DNA of 64,000 nt from an uncultured Trueperaceae bacterium (GTDB lineage Bacteria; Deinococcota; Deinococci; Deinococcales; Trueperaceae), in contig CAWFFU010000010.1 in the NCBI GenBank assembly GCA_963815215.1, positions 128,001 through 192,000 of the forward strand, in the 5' to 3' direction. Of the stretch, positions 1 to 9,498 are shown in pieces (the stretch's first letter is position 1; every line of letters starts with the position of its first letter). Below the pieces are notes generated by a model. The model made no database searches. It was not told the origin of the DNA and was given only the letters and a program-made list of their open reading frames with translations. The position numbers and the translations under genes are program-made.

Positions 1-1118
1 CTTCGGCCCGGCGCGAGCGCGATCAGGCGCAGACCGACCTCGCCAAGGCGAAGCAGGAACGCGATGCCGCCAGGAAGAGCCTGGCCGACGCCGAAGCGCA
101 CGCCGCCATGCTGGGTCAGGGCCGGGACGCCGCCACCGGTGAGCTCCAGGCTGCGCAGGCGCAGATCGATACGCTCACGCAACAACGGGACGTGGCTCGG
201 GCCGCCCTCGAGAAGGCATCGGCCGACGTGAAGCAGGCGCGTGCCGGCGCGGCCGACGGCTCGACCCCTGCAGTTGCCGTCCAGCCGGACGTTGCCACGC
301 TGAAGGCCTCGCTCGACGCCGCCAACGCGCGGGCCGACGCGGCCGAGAGCGACGCTGCCAAGCTCCGCGGCCAGGTCCAGGAGCTCGAAGCGAAGGTAGT
401 GAAGGCCAGCGATGATCTGGCGGCGGCCGTCCAGGCGCGCGACGAGCTCCAGAAGACGCGGAGCGCGCTCGAGGCGCAGAGTGTCGAACAGGCCAACGCC
501 GTGGCCGCTGCGCGGCAGCAGGTGCAGGCGCTCCAGTCGCAAGTGTCCGATCTGCGGGCCGGGGTCGATGACGCGACCCGGACGCTGACGCAGCTCCGCG
601 AGCGGGCGAGCGCGAGCGAGGTCGCGCTCGCCGCGGCCCAGAAGGAGCGCGACGCACTCAAGCGCCAGCTCGCGACGACGCAGAACGAGCGCGATGTGCT
701 GCAGGCCCGACTCGACGCCACCCGGCAGCGCAGCAGCACCCTGGCGCAGCAGCTCGAGCAGACCGCGGGCGACCTGCAGTCCGCCCGCGGACGCGCCACC
801 GAGCTCACCCACAGCCTCGAGATCCTGCTCGCCAACCATCAGGGGCTCCAGCAGCTCAGTCAGGTGCAACGGAGTGAACTCGCCGACGTGCGCCGGCGGC
901 TCGAAGACGCCCAGACCGAAGTGGCACGCCTGACCGGCGCACGCGGGATCTACACGGTCCAGCCGGCGGATTCGCTGTCATCGATCGCCGTGTTCTTCTA
1001 CCGGAACGCCGATCGCTGGCCGGCCATCCTGGAGGCCAACGCCCACCTCATCTACAACCCCGACCTGATCTTCCCGGGCATGGTGCTGATCGTGCCGGAG
1101 GTCGCCGGGAGCGGTTGA
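1..1118 (+). CDS. Long coiled-coil protein with C-terminal LysM domain (5'-partial)
   Basis: Frame is open from base 3 into the listed ORF; A/Q/E/R-rich heptad pattern; C-terminal YTVQPADSLSSIA...WPAILEAN...PDLIFPGMVLIVP is LysM-like. Confidence 0.8.
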   Translation, partial: SARRERDQAQTDLAKAKQERDAARKSLADAEAHAAMLGQGRDAATGELQAAQAQIDTLTQQRDVARAALEKASADVKQARAGAADGSTPAVAVQPDVATLKASLDAANARADAAESDAAKLRGQVQELEAKVVKASDDLAAAVQARDELQKTRSALEAQSVEQANAVAAARQQVQALQSQVSDLRAGVDDATRTLTQLRERASASEVALAAAQKERDALKRQLATTQNERDVLQARLDATRQRSSTLAQQLEQTAGDLQSARGRATELTHSLEILLANHQGLQQLSQVQRSELADVRRRLEDAQTEVARLTGARGIYTVQPADSLSSIAVFFYRNADRWPAILEANAHLIYNPDLIFPGMVLIVPEVAGSG

Positions 1119-1128
1119 GCGATCGGAC

Positions 1129-1869
1129 TCAGCCCGAGCCGGCCAGCTCCGCCAGGCTCCGGGCCACATCCCGGTCCACCACGCCGCCGTGGTAGGTGAT
1201 GGCCGTGCTGACGTCGAGCGGGGTCAGCTTGGCGAGCGAACGGACGGCCTCGTCCATGTCGGGCGTGACGGTGGGCCGGGGTCCCAGGAGCCGCCCTCCT
1301 TCGGAGACCAGCGCGTCGCCGCAGACGAGGGTGCGGCTGCGTTGCAGATAGAGGCTCAGGTGGCCGGGGGTGTGCCCCGGCGTGTGGATCACGGTGATGC
1401 CGCCGCAGTAAGGGAGCACCTCGCCGTCTTCGACCGTTCGGTCCACCGGGGCGTGGGGCGGGTCCTTGATGACCGCTTCCACCTGCGCGCGCTGTTCGGC
1501 GGGCAGGCCCTTCAGGCGCTCGGCCATGCGCCCCGGATCCATCTTGATGGGCGTCTTCTCCCCCTCGATGTAGGGCCTGTCGAGCGCGTGGGCCAACACC
1601 TCCACGTCGTGGCCGACGGCGCGCAGGAGCTCCGGCAGGCCGCCGATGTGGTCGATGTCCTGGTGGGTGAGGATGACGCGGGTGAGGCGTTCGAGGGGAA
1701 CGCCCGCCCGGCGGCACGCCTCGCGGATCGCCTCGAGCTGCCCCGGCATCCCGGTGTCGATCAAGATCGCGTCCTGCTCGTCCCACACCAGCGTGGGGTG
1801 GATGGCGCTGGGACCGCCAAGGAAGTCCATCGTCAGCTCGAGTGCCTCGACGCCTTCGGCTACATGCAT
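1129..1869 (-). CDS. MBL-fold metallo-hydrolase
   Basis: LIDTG, THQDIDHIGG, HTPGHTPGH, GDAL and YHG motifs; ATG at 1869 preferred. Confidence 0.9.
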   Translation of the reverse strand: MHVAEGVEALELTMDFLGGPSAIHPTLVWDEQDAILIDTGMPGQLEAIREACRRAGVPLERLTRVILTHQDIDHIGGLPELLRAVGHDVEVLAHALDRPYIEGEKTPIKMDPGRMAERLKGLPAEQRAQVEAVIKDPPHAPVDRTVEDGEVLPYCGGITVIHTPGHTPGHLSLYLQRSRTLVCGDALVSEGGRLLGPRPTVTPDMDEAVRSLAKLTPLDVSTAITYHGGVVDRDVARSLAELAGSG

Positions 1870-1998
1870 GTCGGCCTGCCCCCTATCGGTCCCCAAGGTA
1901 CGGCGCAGAGCGGGCGCCCGGCGTAGCGTGCGAGCCCGCTCCGGGGACGCCCGCGCTGACGAGGGTGGTCCCGGGCAGTGCTACGGTTCTCTCGAGCC

Positions 1999-2385
1999 AT
2001 GGACCTCCCCTTCACTACCATCGACGTCATCGAGCGCGCGTGCCTGGCCAAACCGGGTGCGGTTCCGGACCGGCCGTTCGGCCCGGAGACGCTCGTCTAC
2101 AAGGTCGAAGGCCGCATCTTCGCGCTGCTGGCCAGCCGAGCGACGCCCCTCGAGCTGAGCCTGAAGTGCGACCCGGAGCTGGCGGTGGCGTTGCGATCGA
2201 GCTACCCGGCCGTCACGGCCGGCTACCACCTCGCCAAGCGCCACTGGAACACGCTCCGCCTGGACGGAAGCGTTCCCGACGCCACCATTCGCGAATTGAT
2301 CGACCTCTCGTACGATCTGGTCGTGGCCAAGCTGCCGCTGGCCACGCGGCGCCGCCTGGCGTCCCAACCCCCGCCGGCGTCCTAG
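1999..2385 (+). CDS. MmcQ/YjbR family protein
   Basis: [43 protein letters not shown]. Confidence 0.9.
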   Translation: MDLPFTTIDVIERACLAKPGAVPDRPFGPETLVYKVEGRIFALLASRATPLELSLKCDPELAVALRSSYPAVTAGYHLAKRHWNTLRLDGSVPDATIRELIDLSYDLVVAKLPLATRRRLASQPPPAS

Positions 2386-3404
2386 CGCCCGCGCGAGGCG
2401 CCCTCCAGGAAGTCGTAGGGGTAGGGCAGGGTCACGTCGCTGGCCGAGGTCAGCTTCGCCATCTGTGCCTCCGACAGGCTCCAGCCCACCGCGCCGAGGT
2501 TGTCCTCGAGTTGCGCCATGGTCCGCGCGCCCAGGATCGGGGCCGTGACGCCGGGGCGTTGCAGCAGCCAACGCACGGCTACCTGCGCCGGAGTCCTGCC
2601 GGCCTCCTCCGAGACCTCCAGCAGGGCGTCGATCACGCTCCAGGTGTGCTCGTTGGCGAGGTTGGGCCAGCTCTCGCCCCATCCCTTCTGGGCCGCGATC
2701 TCCACGCGCGTGCCCTGGGGAGGCCGCTCCATCCCGCGGTGGTACTTGCCCGACAGCCAGCCGCCGCGGAGCGGGCTCCATGGGATCACGCCCAGGCCCT
2801 CGCGTAGCGCGACCGGGATGAGCTCCCACTCGGTCGAGCGGCACAGCAGGTTGTACTGGGGTTGCAGCGAGACGAACCTCTCGAGGCCGCGCTCGCGGCT
2901 CAGGTCGATGGCGCGCTGGAGCTGGTAGCCGGTGAGGTTGCTGGCCCCCAGGTACCGCACGCGGCCGTCCTCGACCAGCGTGTCGAGTGTGCTCATGACG
3001 ATCTCGATCGGGGTCCCGGGGTCCCAGGCGTGGATCTGCAACAGGTCCAGGTAGTCGGTCTGGAGGCGAGCGAGGCTGGCCTCCAGGGAAGCGAGGATGT
3101 GCTTGCGGCTGAGCCCTACGTCGTTGGGGCCATCGCCCATCGGGAAGCGCACCTTGCTGGCGATGACGAGCTCGTCGCGGTCTCGGCGCTTCAGCCAGCG
3201 GCCGACGATCTCCTCGGACACGCCGCGTGAGTACACGTTGGCAGTGTCGATGAAGTTGCCTCCGGCGGCGACGAAGGCGTCCAGCATGCGGTGGCTGTCC
3301 TGCTCGCCGGCTTCGCCTTCGCGCCCGAACGTCATGGCGCCGAGGCAGAGCTCGCTCACCTTCACGCCGCTGGTTCCGAGATAGCGGTACTCCATGGCAT
3401 CCAC
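2382..3404 (-). CDS. Aldo/keto reductase
   Basis: [50 protein letters not shown]. Confidence 0.93.
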   Translation of the reverse strand: MDAMEYRYLGTSGVKVSELCLGAMTFGREGEAGEQDSHRMLDAFVAAGGNFIDTANVYSRGVSEEIVGRWLKRRDRDELVIASKVRFPMGDGPNDVGLSRKHILASLEASLARLQTDYLDLLQIHAWDPGTPIEIVMSTLDTLVEDGRVRYLGASNLTGYQLQRAIDLSRERGLERFVSLQPQYNLLCRSTEWELIPVALREGLGVIPWSPLRGGWLSGKYHRGMERPPQGTRVEIAAQKGWGESWPNLANEHTWSVIDALLEVSEEAGRTPAQVAVRWLLQRPGVTAPILGARTMAQLEDNLGAVGWSLSEAQMAKLTSASDVTLPYPYDFLEGASRGR

Positions 3405-3454
3405 TCCCTTGACGTCGGACCCGACCGCTGCGGTCGGGCCGCACCACCATGCTA

Positions 3455-3479
3455 GCCCCGCGCCGCGCTGGCGCGGGGC
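3455..3479. terminator. GC-rich hairpin downstream of the FAH gene
   Basis: GCCCCGCGCC-gcgct-GGCGCGGGGC perfect 10-bp stem; no U-tract. Confidence 0.4.
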
Positions 3480-3516
3480 GCGAGCCGGAGTGATGGCCGA
3501 AGCGCTTGCCGGAGCG

Positions 3517-4356
3517 TCAGCCGCCTTCCACCAGCCGCGTGACGAGCCGGCGCACGGGGCCCACCTCGACCGCGAGCTCGTCGCCGGCCCGCAGCCAGCG
3601 CTTCTCCTCCATGCCGAGGATGACGCCCTCGGGGGTTCCGGTGGCGATCACGTCGCCGGGCTCGAGCGTGAAGTAGGTGCTGGCGTAGCTGATGATCTCG
3701 GCCACGCTGAAGATCATGTCCGCCGTGTTGGAGTCCTGCCGAAGCTCGCCGTTGAGCCAGCAGCGTACGCCGAGCGCCTGCGGGTCGGGGACGGCGTCGG
3801 CGGTGTGGAGCTCGGGGCCGATCGGAAGGAAGCCGTCCAGCGTCTTGCCCAGCAGCCATTGACCGGTGCGCTTCTGGAGCGCCCGGGCGCTCAGGTCGTT
3901 GCCGCTGGTGTAGCCCAGCACGTGGTCGAGCGCCCGCGCCTCGCTGACGCGCCGGGCGCGGCGGCCCACGACGACCACCAGCTCCGCCTCGTAATCGAGC
4001 TGCTCCACCTCCGGCGGCACCGCGACCTCGGCATCGGGCCCGGCGATGGCGTTGCCGAACTTCGAGAACAACACCGGGCTGGTCGGGATCTTCATGCCGG
4101 TCTCCTGGGCGTGACGCCGGTAGTTGAGGCCGACGCACAGGATCTTGCCGGGGCGCGGGACGGGCGGGCCGAGCCGGAGCCGGCTCGCATCGATGGGAGA
4201 GCGCCCCTCATCGGCGATGCGCGCGAGCTCGGGCAGCGCCGACAGGCCGCGGGCGGCGAGCTCGTCGGCGCTGAGGTCGGTGCGCGTGACGGTGTCGCCG
4301 TCGCGCACGCCGACGCGAAGGACGCCCTCGGAGTCGTAGTAGCTGACGAGGATCAT
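3517..4356 (-). CDS. Fumarylacetoacetate hydrolase family protein
   Basis: [44 protein letters not shown]. Confidence 0.93.
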   Translation of the reverse strand: MILVSYYDSEGVLRVGVRDGDTVTRTDLSADELAARGLSALPELARIADEGRSPIDASRLRLGPPVPRPGKILCVGLNYRRHAQETGMKIPTSPVLFSKFGNAIAGPDAEVAVPPEVEQLDYEAELVVVVGRRARRVSEARALDHVLGYTSGNDLSARALQKRTGQWLLGKTLDGFLPIGPELHTADAVPDPQALGVRCWLNGELRQDSNTADMIFSVAEIISYASTYFTLEPGDVIATGTPEGVILGMEEKRWLRAGDELAVEVGPVRRLVTRLVEGG

Positions 4357-4500
4357 GGTGCCTCCCGCAGGGGGCCGGCGTGCCCGCAGGCACCCGACGG
4401 CCTGGTGACGATCGGTCCCAAGCCTACCCGCCCTGCGCCTACGGGGTGGCGAGTCGCCCGCGCCTCCGGGGCCGGGCTCACGACCGCCCCCGGTGAGCGG

Positions 4501-5541
4501 TCAACGAGAAAGCCCTCCACCGTCGGCTCGATCCGGGTGAGCGCCGCCTCCGTCGGGCGGCAGTGCCTGGGGGAGGGTGCGCCCGGATCGCAGTGCGCGC
4601 ACGATGGGGAGCAGGTGAGCCTCCACGAAGACCGGATCGGGGGCATGCCGGTACTCGAAGGCCCGCTCGTGAGTGCCGAGCAGCGAGCGCACGGATTCGG
4701 CGCCGCTGGCATAGACGACGACGTCGCTCCGGGAGAGAAGGCCCGGTAGATGCGGATCGGTCGCCAGGCAGTAGGCGATGGAGGAGACATGGGGGGCGTA
4801 GCGCGCGATGCCTGCCTCGAGCGCCGGGAGGAAGCCGGGGAGGCGGGCGACGCCGAGGAGCCGCTGTCGAGGGTCGATCTGGGCCAGCGACACCCGCGTA
4901 GGCTCGCTCGGCACGAACTGCAGGTAGGTGACGGGCACCGCCTCGGCCAGCCGGGCGCGTACTTCCTTGACGCGGTAGGGGAAGGTCACGATCAGATCGA
5001 TGCCGGCCTCCGGCGTGAGCGTGTCGACGGTCAGGTCGTCGAAGGTCGCGGCCCGCACCCGTGCGAGGCCTGCGAGGCTCTTCTGCAGGGCTTCAGCGTA
5101 GCCCTGGGTGGCGGCGTCGAACATGCCAACGACGAGGACCGTGACTTCGCGGCCCCGTCGTTTGCTGCCGGCGAGGTGATCGCCGAGCCGGCGCAGCAGT
5201 TGATCGTCGTCGAGCCCCAGGCGCCGGCCTTCGACGATGACGCGGTCCAGGACGGCCTCCAGATGGCTGTCGCGTGGATCCCCGGCGAGGACCCCGATGG
5301 ACTCCGTGACGTAGGTGCCGCGCCCGGTCCGAGCGACGAGGAGACCGGCTTTCTGAAGCTCGCGGTAGACCTGGGAGACGGTGACCGGCGACACCCCCAA
5401 GCGCTCGGCGAGGCGCCGCACGGTCGGAAGGCGGGTCCCCGGAGCCAGGTCACCGCAGGCGATGGCGTACTCCACCTGACCCCTGAGCTGGACGCCCAGC
5501 GCAACGGTGCTCGATCGGTCGATGAAGGGTCGGAACGGCAT
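4501..5541 (-). CDS. GntR-family regulator (YtrA-like wHTH) with long uncharacterised C-terminal region
   Basis: QLRGQVEYAIACGDLAPGTRLPTVRRLA...VSPVTVSQVYREL...GRGTYV; paralogue at 56312-57406. Confidence 0.88.
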   Translation of the reverse strand: MPFRPFIDRSSTVALGVQLRGQVEYAIACGDLAPGTRLPTVRRLAERLGVSPVTVSQVYRELQKAGLLVARTGRGTYVTESIGVLAGDPRDSHLEAVLDRVIVEGRRLGLDDDQLLRRLGDHLAGSKRRGREVTVLVVGMFDAATQGYAEALQKSLAGLARVRAATFDDLTVDTLTPEAGIDLIVTFPYRVKEVRARLAEAVPVTYLQFVPSEPTRVSLAQIDPRQRLLGVARLPGFLPALEAGIARYAPHVSSIAYCLATDPHLPGLLSRSDVVVYASGAESVRSLLGTHERAFEYRHAPDPVFVEAHLLPIVRALRSGRTLPQALPPDGGGAHPDRADGGGLSR

Positions 5542-5583
5542 GGTCGTCCCCTCGCGGCAAGCCGGATGAGATCGATGAGTGTC

Positions 5584-5603
5584 TGTTACAGCCGACTGTA
5601 ACG
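5584..5603. promoter_or_regulatory. Palindromic operator candidate (GntR site 1)
   Basis: tGTTACAG-ccga-CTGTAACg, perfect 7-bp inverted repeat overlapping the gntR -10. Confidence 0.65.
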
Positions 5604-5623
5604 ATTGCGGGCGCCAGGGTCAA
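5595..5623 (-). promoter_or_regulatory. Sigma70-type promoter of gntR
   Basis: Minus strand TTGACC-17 nt-TACAGT. Confidence 0.65.
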
Positions 5624-5713
5624 CCGTGAGAAGGGGTCGGATGGCGCCGAGGCGATCAACCGTGTTGCCGACGGCAAAGTCGGTCCGAGGGGCCGGCCGC
5701 CGCGGGGCGGACG

Positions 5714-5751
5714 TTGACGGCCGCTCGTAGTTGTCCTATATTCGTGTAACA
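5714..5751 (+). promoter_or_regulatory. Sigma70-type promoter of peptide ABC operon 1 with overlapping operator candidate (site 2, 5732-5751)
   Basis: TTGACG(5714)-17 nt-TATATT(5737); TGTCCT-N8-GTAACA overlaps the -10. Confidence 0.7.
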
Positions 5752-5893
5752 ATTTTCGTCGTTCCAATGGGCGCACGACGGGGAGGGGGACCCACCGTTC
5801 GTGGATCTCGGGCCCGCTGCCGGGTTCCTGTCAGTTCCTTACGGCACCGCTCGTATGCATCCGCATCGCATGCATCCGCACAGAGGAGGCAGC

Positions 5894-7447
5894 ATGAAAC
5901 GTACGCTCACGCTCGTCCTGGCCCTGCTGGCGCTCCTGGGCACCACCGCGTTCGCCCAGAAGACGCTCGTCATCGCGATCCAGGCCGATCCTACCGGTTT
6001 CGACCCGGAGGCCGTCCTGAACAACACCTCCGGCTTCATCATGTCGGCGGTGTTCGACAGCCTTGTCCGCTACAAGCCCGGCACCGTGGATGTGGCACCC
6101 GGCCTGGCGGAGAGCTGGGACATCTCGAGCGACGGGCTCACCTACACGTTCCATCTGCGTCACGGCGTGACCTTCTCCGACGGCACTCCGTTCAACGCGC
6201 AGACCTACGTCAAGAGCCTCGATCGCCTGTTCAACAAGAGCGACCCCGCGTACATCTACAACACCGGACCGGTGGAGAGCTACATCGATTTCACCTACGG
6301 TGCCGTGGCGAGCTACAAGGCGCTGGACGACTACACCGTTCAGTTCACGCTCAAGCACCCGTTCGCACCGTTCCTGACGAGCCTGGCGATGGTCTGGAAC
6401 GGCGTGGTCAGTCCGACGGCGGCTGTGAAGTACGGTAAGGACTTCCGTAACAACCCCGTCGGCACGGGTCCGTTCATCCTCAAGGAATGGGTCCACAACG
6501 ATCACATCACGCTCGACGCCAATCCCAACTACTGGGGCGGCAAGCCCAAGGTCGATCGCGTCATCTTCAAGGTGATTCCCGATTCGCAGACGGCGGTCCT
6601 GCAGATGAAGCAGGGTCAGGTCCAGATCCTGGCCGACGTGTCCAGCCAGGTGATCCCGGCGATCAAGTCCGATCCCCACCTCAAGCTCGTGACGCAACCC
6701 GGTCTGACCGTCAACGGTATCGCGCTGCCCACCGACACCAAGCCGTTCGACGATCCCCGCGTTCGGCAGGCGCTGAACTACGCTATCGACCGCGCGGCCA
6801 TCAACAAGTCCCTGTACAACGACCTCGCCGTGCCCATGACGTCTCCGTTGCCCGAGGCGCAGTGGGGCTTCGACAAGAGCCTGCAGCCCTACACCTACGA
6901 CCCCGCCAAGGCCAAGCAGCTCCTCGCCGATGCCGGCTACCCCAACGGCTTCAAGGCCGAGCTGCTGGCATACAACTCGGCGCGCGGCTACAATCCCGCC
7001 GGCGCTCAGATGGCGGTGGCCATCCAGAGCTACCTGAAGAAGGTGGGCGTGGACGTGTCGATCCAGCAGATGGAGTTCGGCTCGTTCCTCGCCAAGGTGC
7101 GTTCCGGCGACTACCACGGTATGGCCATGACCGGCTGGTCGGGTGACAACGGCGACCCGGACAACTTCCTGTACGAGCTGTTCGACTCGGCGACGATCCC
7201 GGTCGGTGACACCTCGCACTACAAGAACGACCAGGTCGATAGCCTGCTCCTGCAGGCCCAGAAGGAGACCGACTACGCCAAGCGGGTGGCGCTCTACGAG
7301 CAGGCGCAGCAGATCATCTGGCAGGGGGCTCCCTGGATCTTCCTCAACAACACCTTGCAGGTGCGGGCCACGACCGACAACGTGACCGGCTTCGTGCTCA
7401 ACCCCACGCAGATGTTCTTCGGACTGGAGAACGTCGGCCTGCAGTGA
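5894..7447 (+). CDS. Peptide/nickel ABC transporter substrate-binding protein (DppA-like)
   Basis: GAGGAGG RBS; signal peptide MKRTLTLVLALL...AFAQ; PGLAESWDISSDGLTYTFHLRHGVTFSDG family-5 signature; GWSGDNGDPDNF. Confidence 0.93.
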   Translation: MKRTLTLVLALLALLGTTAFAQKTLVIAIQADPTGFDPEAVLNNTSGFIMSAVFDSLVRYKPGTVDVAPGLAESWDISSDGLTYTFHLRHGVTFSDGTPFNAQTYVKSLDRLFNKSDPAYIYNTGPVESYIDFTYGAVASYKALDDYTVQFTLKHPFAPFLTSLAMVWNGVVSPTAAVKYGKDFRNNPVGTGPFILKEWVHNDHITLDANPNYWGGKPKVDRVIFKVIPDSQTAVLQMKQGQVQILADVSSQVIPAIKSDPHLKLVTQPGLTVNGIALPTDTKPFDDPRVRQALNYAIDRAAINKSLYNDLAVPMTSPLPEAQWGFDKSLQPYTYDPAKAKQLLADAGYPNGFKAELLAYNSARGYNPAGAQMAVAIQSYLKKVGVDVSIQQMEFGSFLAKVRSGDYHGMAMTGWSGDNGDPDNFLYELFDSATIPVGDTSHYKNDQVDSLLLQAQKETDYAKRVALYEQAQQIIWQGAPWIFLNNTLQVRATTDNVTGFVLNPTQMFFGLENVGLQ

Positions 7448-7481
7448 CCCACGACGGCGCCTTCCATCGCGCCCTTCGCGT

Positions 7482-7520
7482 CCCCCACGCCTCGCCGCAG
7501 CGGCGGCGAGGCGGTGGGGG
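7482..7520 (+). terminator. Stem-loop after binding-protein gene (mRNA stabiliser or partial terminator)
   Basis: CGCCTCGCCGC-agcg-GCGGCGAGGCG with CCCCA/TGGGG extension. Confidence 0.55.
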
Positions 7521-7553
7521 GCGTTCTCCGAGCCCGTCCCGAGCGGACCCGTA

Positions 7554-8558
7554 ATGTTCCAGTACACGTCGCGACGCGTCCTCCAACTGCTCCCCGTGAT
7601 CCTGGGCGTGAGCCTGCTGGTGTTCTTCGCCATGCACGTGCTGCCCGGCGACGTCGCCACGCTTCTCCTGGGTGATCGGGCTACCGCCAAGCAGCTCGCC
7701 GACCTGCGGCACCAGCTGGGGCTGGACGATCCCATCTGGGTGCAGTACTGGACCTTCCTGGTCTCGGGGCTCCAGGGAGACTTCGGTACCTCGCTACGGA
7801 CCAACAAGCCCGCCATGGACATGGTGCTCGGGGCGTTCCCCGTGACCTTTCAACTCGCCGTATCGGCCCTCGTCATCGCGCTCGCCGCCGGGATCCCGAT
7901 GGGGGTCGTCGCCGGCGTGAGGCCGGGCGGCTGGTTCGACAACCTGCTGCTCGCGTTGTCGTTGATCGGGGTGTCGATGCCGATCTTCTGGCTCGGCCTG
8001 ATGCTGATCCTGGTCTTCGGCGGTCATCTCGGATGGCTTCCGATCGGCGGCGTGCTCGACATCGGGCAGAGCGTCCATCGGATCACCGGCATGCCCATCC
8101 TCGACGCCATTCTCGAAGGCAATTGGGCTGCTTTCGGCAGCGCCGCGCGCCACCTCGTCCTGCCCGCCGCCACGCTCGCCACCATCCCGCTGGCCCTCAT
8201 CACGCGCATCACGCGGGCCGAAGTGGTGGGCGCCCTCGCTCACGACTACGTGCGGACCGCGCGGGCGAAGGGTGTCCGCGAGCGTGGGGTGGTCCTGCGA
8301 CACGCCCTTCGCAACGGCATGATCCCGGTGGTCACCGTGGTCGGTCTGCAGTTCGGTCTGCTGCTGTCCGGGGCGGTGCTCACGGAGACGATCTTCTCGC
8401 TTCCCGGGCTCGGCCGCCTCATGGTCGACTCGATCCTCAACCGCGACTACCCGGTGGTCCAGGCCGGAGCCATCCTGGTCGCTCTCGTGTTCGTGTTCAT
8501 CAACCTCGTTGTGGACATGTCCTATGCCTACCTCGATCCGAGGATCCGCTACCAATGA
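7554..8558 (+). CDS. Peptide ABC permease (DppB-like)
   Basis: LPGD, DYVRTARAKG, GAVLTETIF, RDYPVVQ, LDPRIRY. Confidence 0.93.
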   Translation: MFQYTSRRVLQLLPVILGVSLLVFFAMHVLPGDVATLLLGDRATAKQLADLRHQLGLDDPIWVQYWTFLVSGLQGDFGTSLRTNKPAMDMVLGAFPVTFQLAVSALVIALAAGIPMGVVAGVRPGGWFDNLLLALSLIGVSMPIFWLGLMLILVFGGHLGWLPIGGVLDIGQSVHRITGMPILDAILEGNWAAFGSAARHLVLPAATLATIPLALITRITRAEVVGALAHDYVRTARAKGVRERGVVLRHALRNGMIPVVTVVGLQFGLLLSGAVLTETIFSLPGLGRLMVDSILNRDYPVVQAGAILVALVFVFINLVVDMSYAYLDPRIRYQ

Positions 8559-9421
8559 CGACCGCAACGCGTACGACCGAGCCGCGCAGCAGCAGCGCGC
8601 GCGCACGCCAGCTTCGCCGGCTGTTGCGAAAGCCGAACTTCATCGTCGGGAGCGTCATCGTACTGGCATTCCTGGCGGTGACGCTGCTCGCACCCGTGCT
8701 GACGCCGTACGATCCCACCGAAGGCGACTTCATGAGCGCACAGTCGCCTCCCGTGGCGGGTCACCCGCTCGGCACCGACCAGTACGGTCGAGATCTTCTG
8801 ACCCGCGTGCTCTATGGGACGCGCACCGCGCTGCTGGCGATCGTCGTTGCGGACGGGATCGCGCTGCTGGCGGGAAGCGCACTGGGACTCGCGGCGGGCT
8901 TCTACGGCGGCGCCACGGATAGCGTCATCATGCGCATCGTCGACGTCCTGCTGGCGTTCCCCTATCTGTTGCTGGCGCTCATCATCGTGGCCGCGCTCGG
9001 TCCCAGCCTGGTCAACGCCATGGTCGCGATCGGCGTCGTCTACACTCCGCAGTACGCGCGCCTGATGCGTGGCAAGGCCCTCTCCATCCGGCAGCAGGAG
9101 TTCGTTCACTCCGCTCGCGCCCTAGGGGCTCGGGATGTCCGGATCATGGCGCGGCACGTTCTTCCCAACAGTCTGGTGCCGATCCTCGTGACCGCCACCC
9201 TGCAGGCCGGCACCGTGATCGTCGAAACGGCGGGGCTGTCCTTCCTCGGACTCGGAGCGCAGCCGCCGACGCCGGACTGGGGGGCGATCCTGGCCGACGG
9301 GCAGAGCTACTTCCTGACGTCGTGGTGGATCGCGACATTCCCCGGGCTGGCCATCCTGTTGGTGGTCCTGGGCTTCAACCTCGTGGGCGATGCCCTTCGG
9401 GACACGCTCGAAGGAGCTTGA
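8555..9421 (+). CDS. Peptide ABC permease (DppC-like)
   Basis: ATGA overlap with upstream gene; HPLGTDQYGRD, HVLPN, LSFLGLGAQPPTPDWG, GDALRD. Confidence 0.93.
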   Translation: MTTATRTTEPRSSSARARQLRRLLRKPNFIVGSVIVLAFLAVTLLAPVLTPYDPTEGDFMSAQSPPVAGHPLGTDQYGRDLLTRVLYGTRTALLAIVVADGIALLAGSALGLAAGFYGGATDSVIMRIVDVLLAFPYLLLALIIVAALGPSLVNAMVAIGVVYTPQYARLMRGKALSIRQQEFVHSARALGARDVRIMARHVLPNSLVPILVTATLQAGTVIVETAGLSFLGLGAQPPTPDWGAILADGQSYFLTSWWIATFPGLAILLVVLGFNLVGDALRDTLEGA

Positions 9422-9498
9422 GGCCAAGGCCGGGTCCGCTGGGCCGTCCCGCACGCGCTTGGGCCCCGCGGCGGCGCCCGGGCTTCAGAGCTCCGGTT

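Noticed and set aside
5855..5880. ATGCATCCGCA direct repeat (15-bp period) as a leader peptide
   Set aside because: In frame with the binding-protein gene with no stop and no own RBS; only two copies
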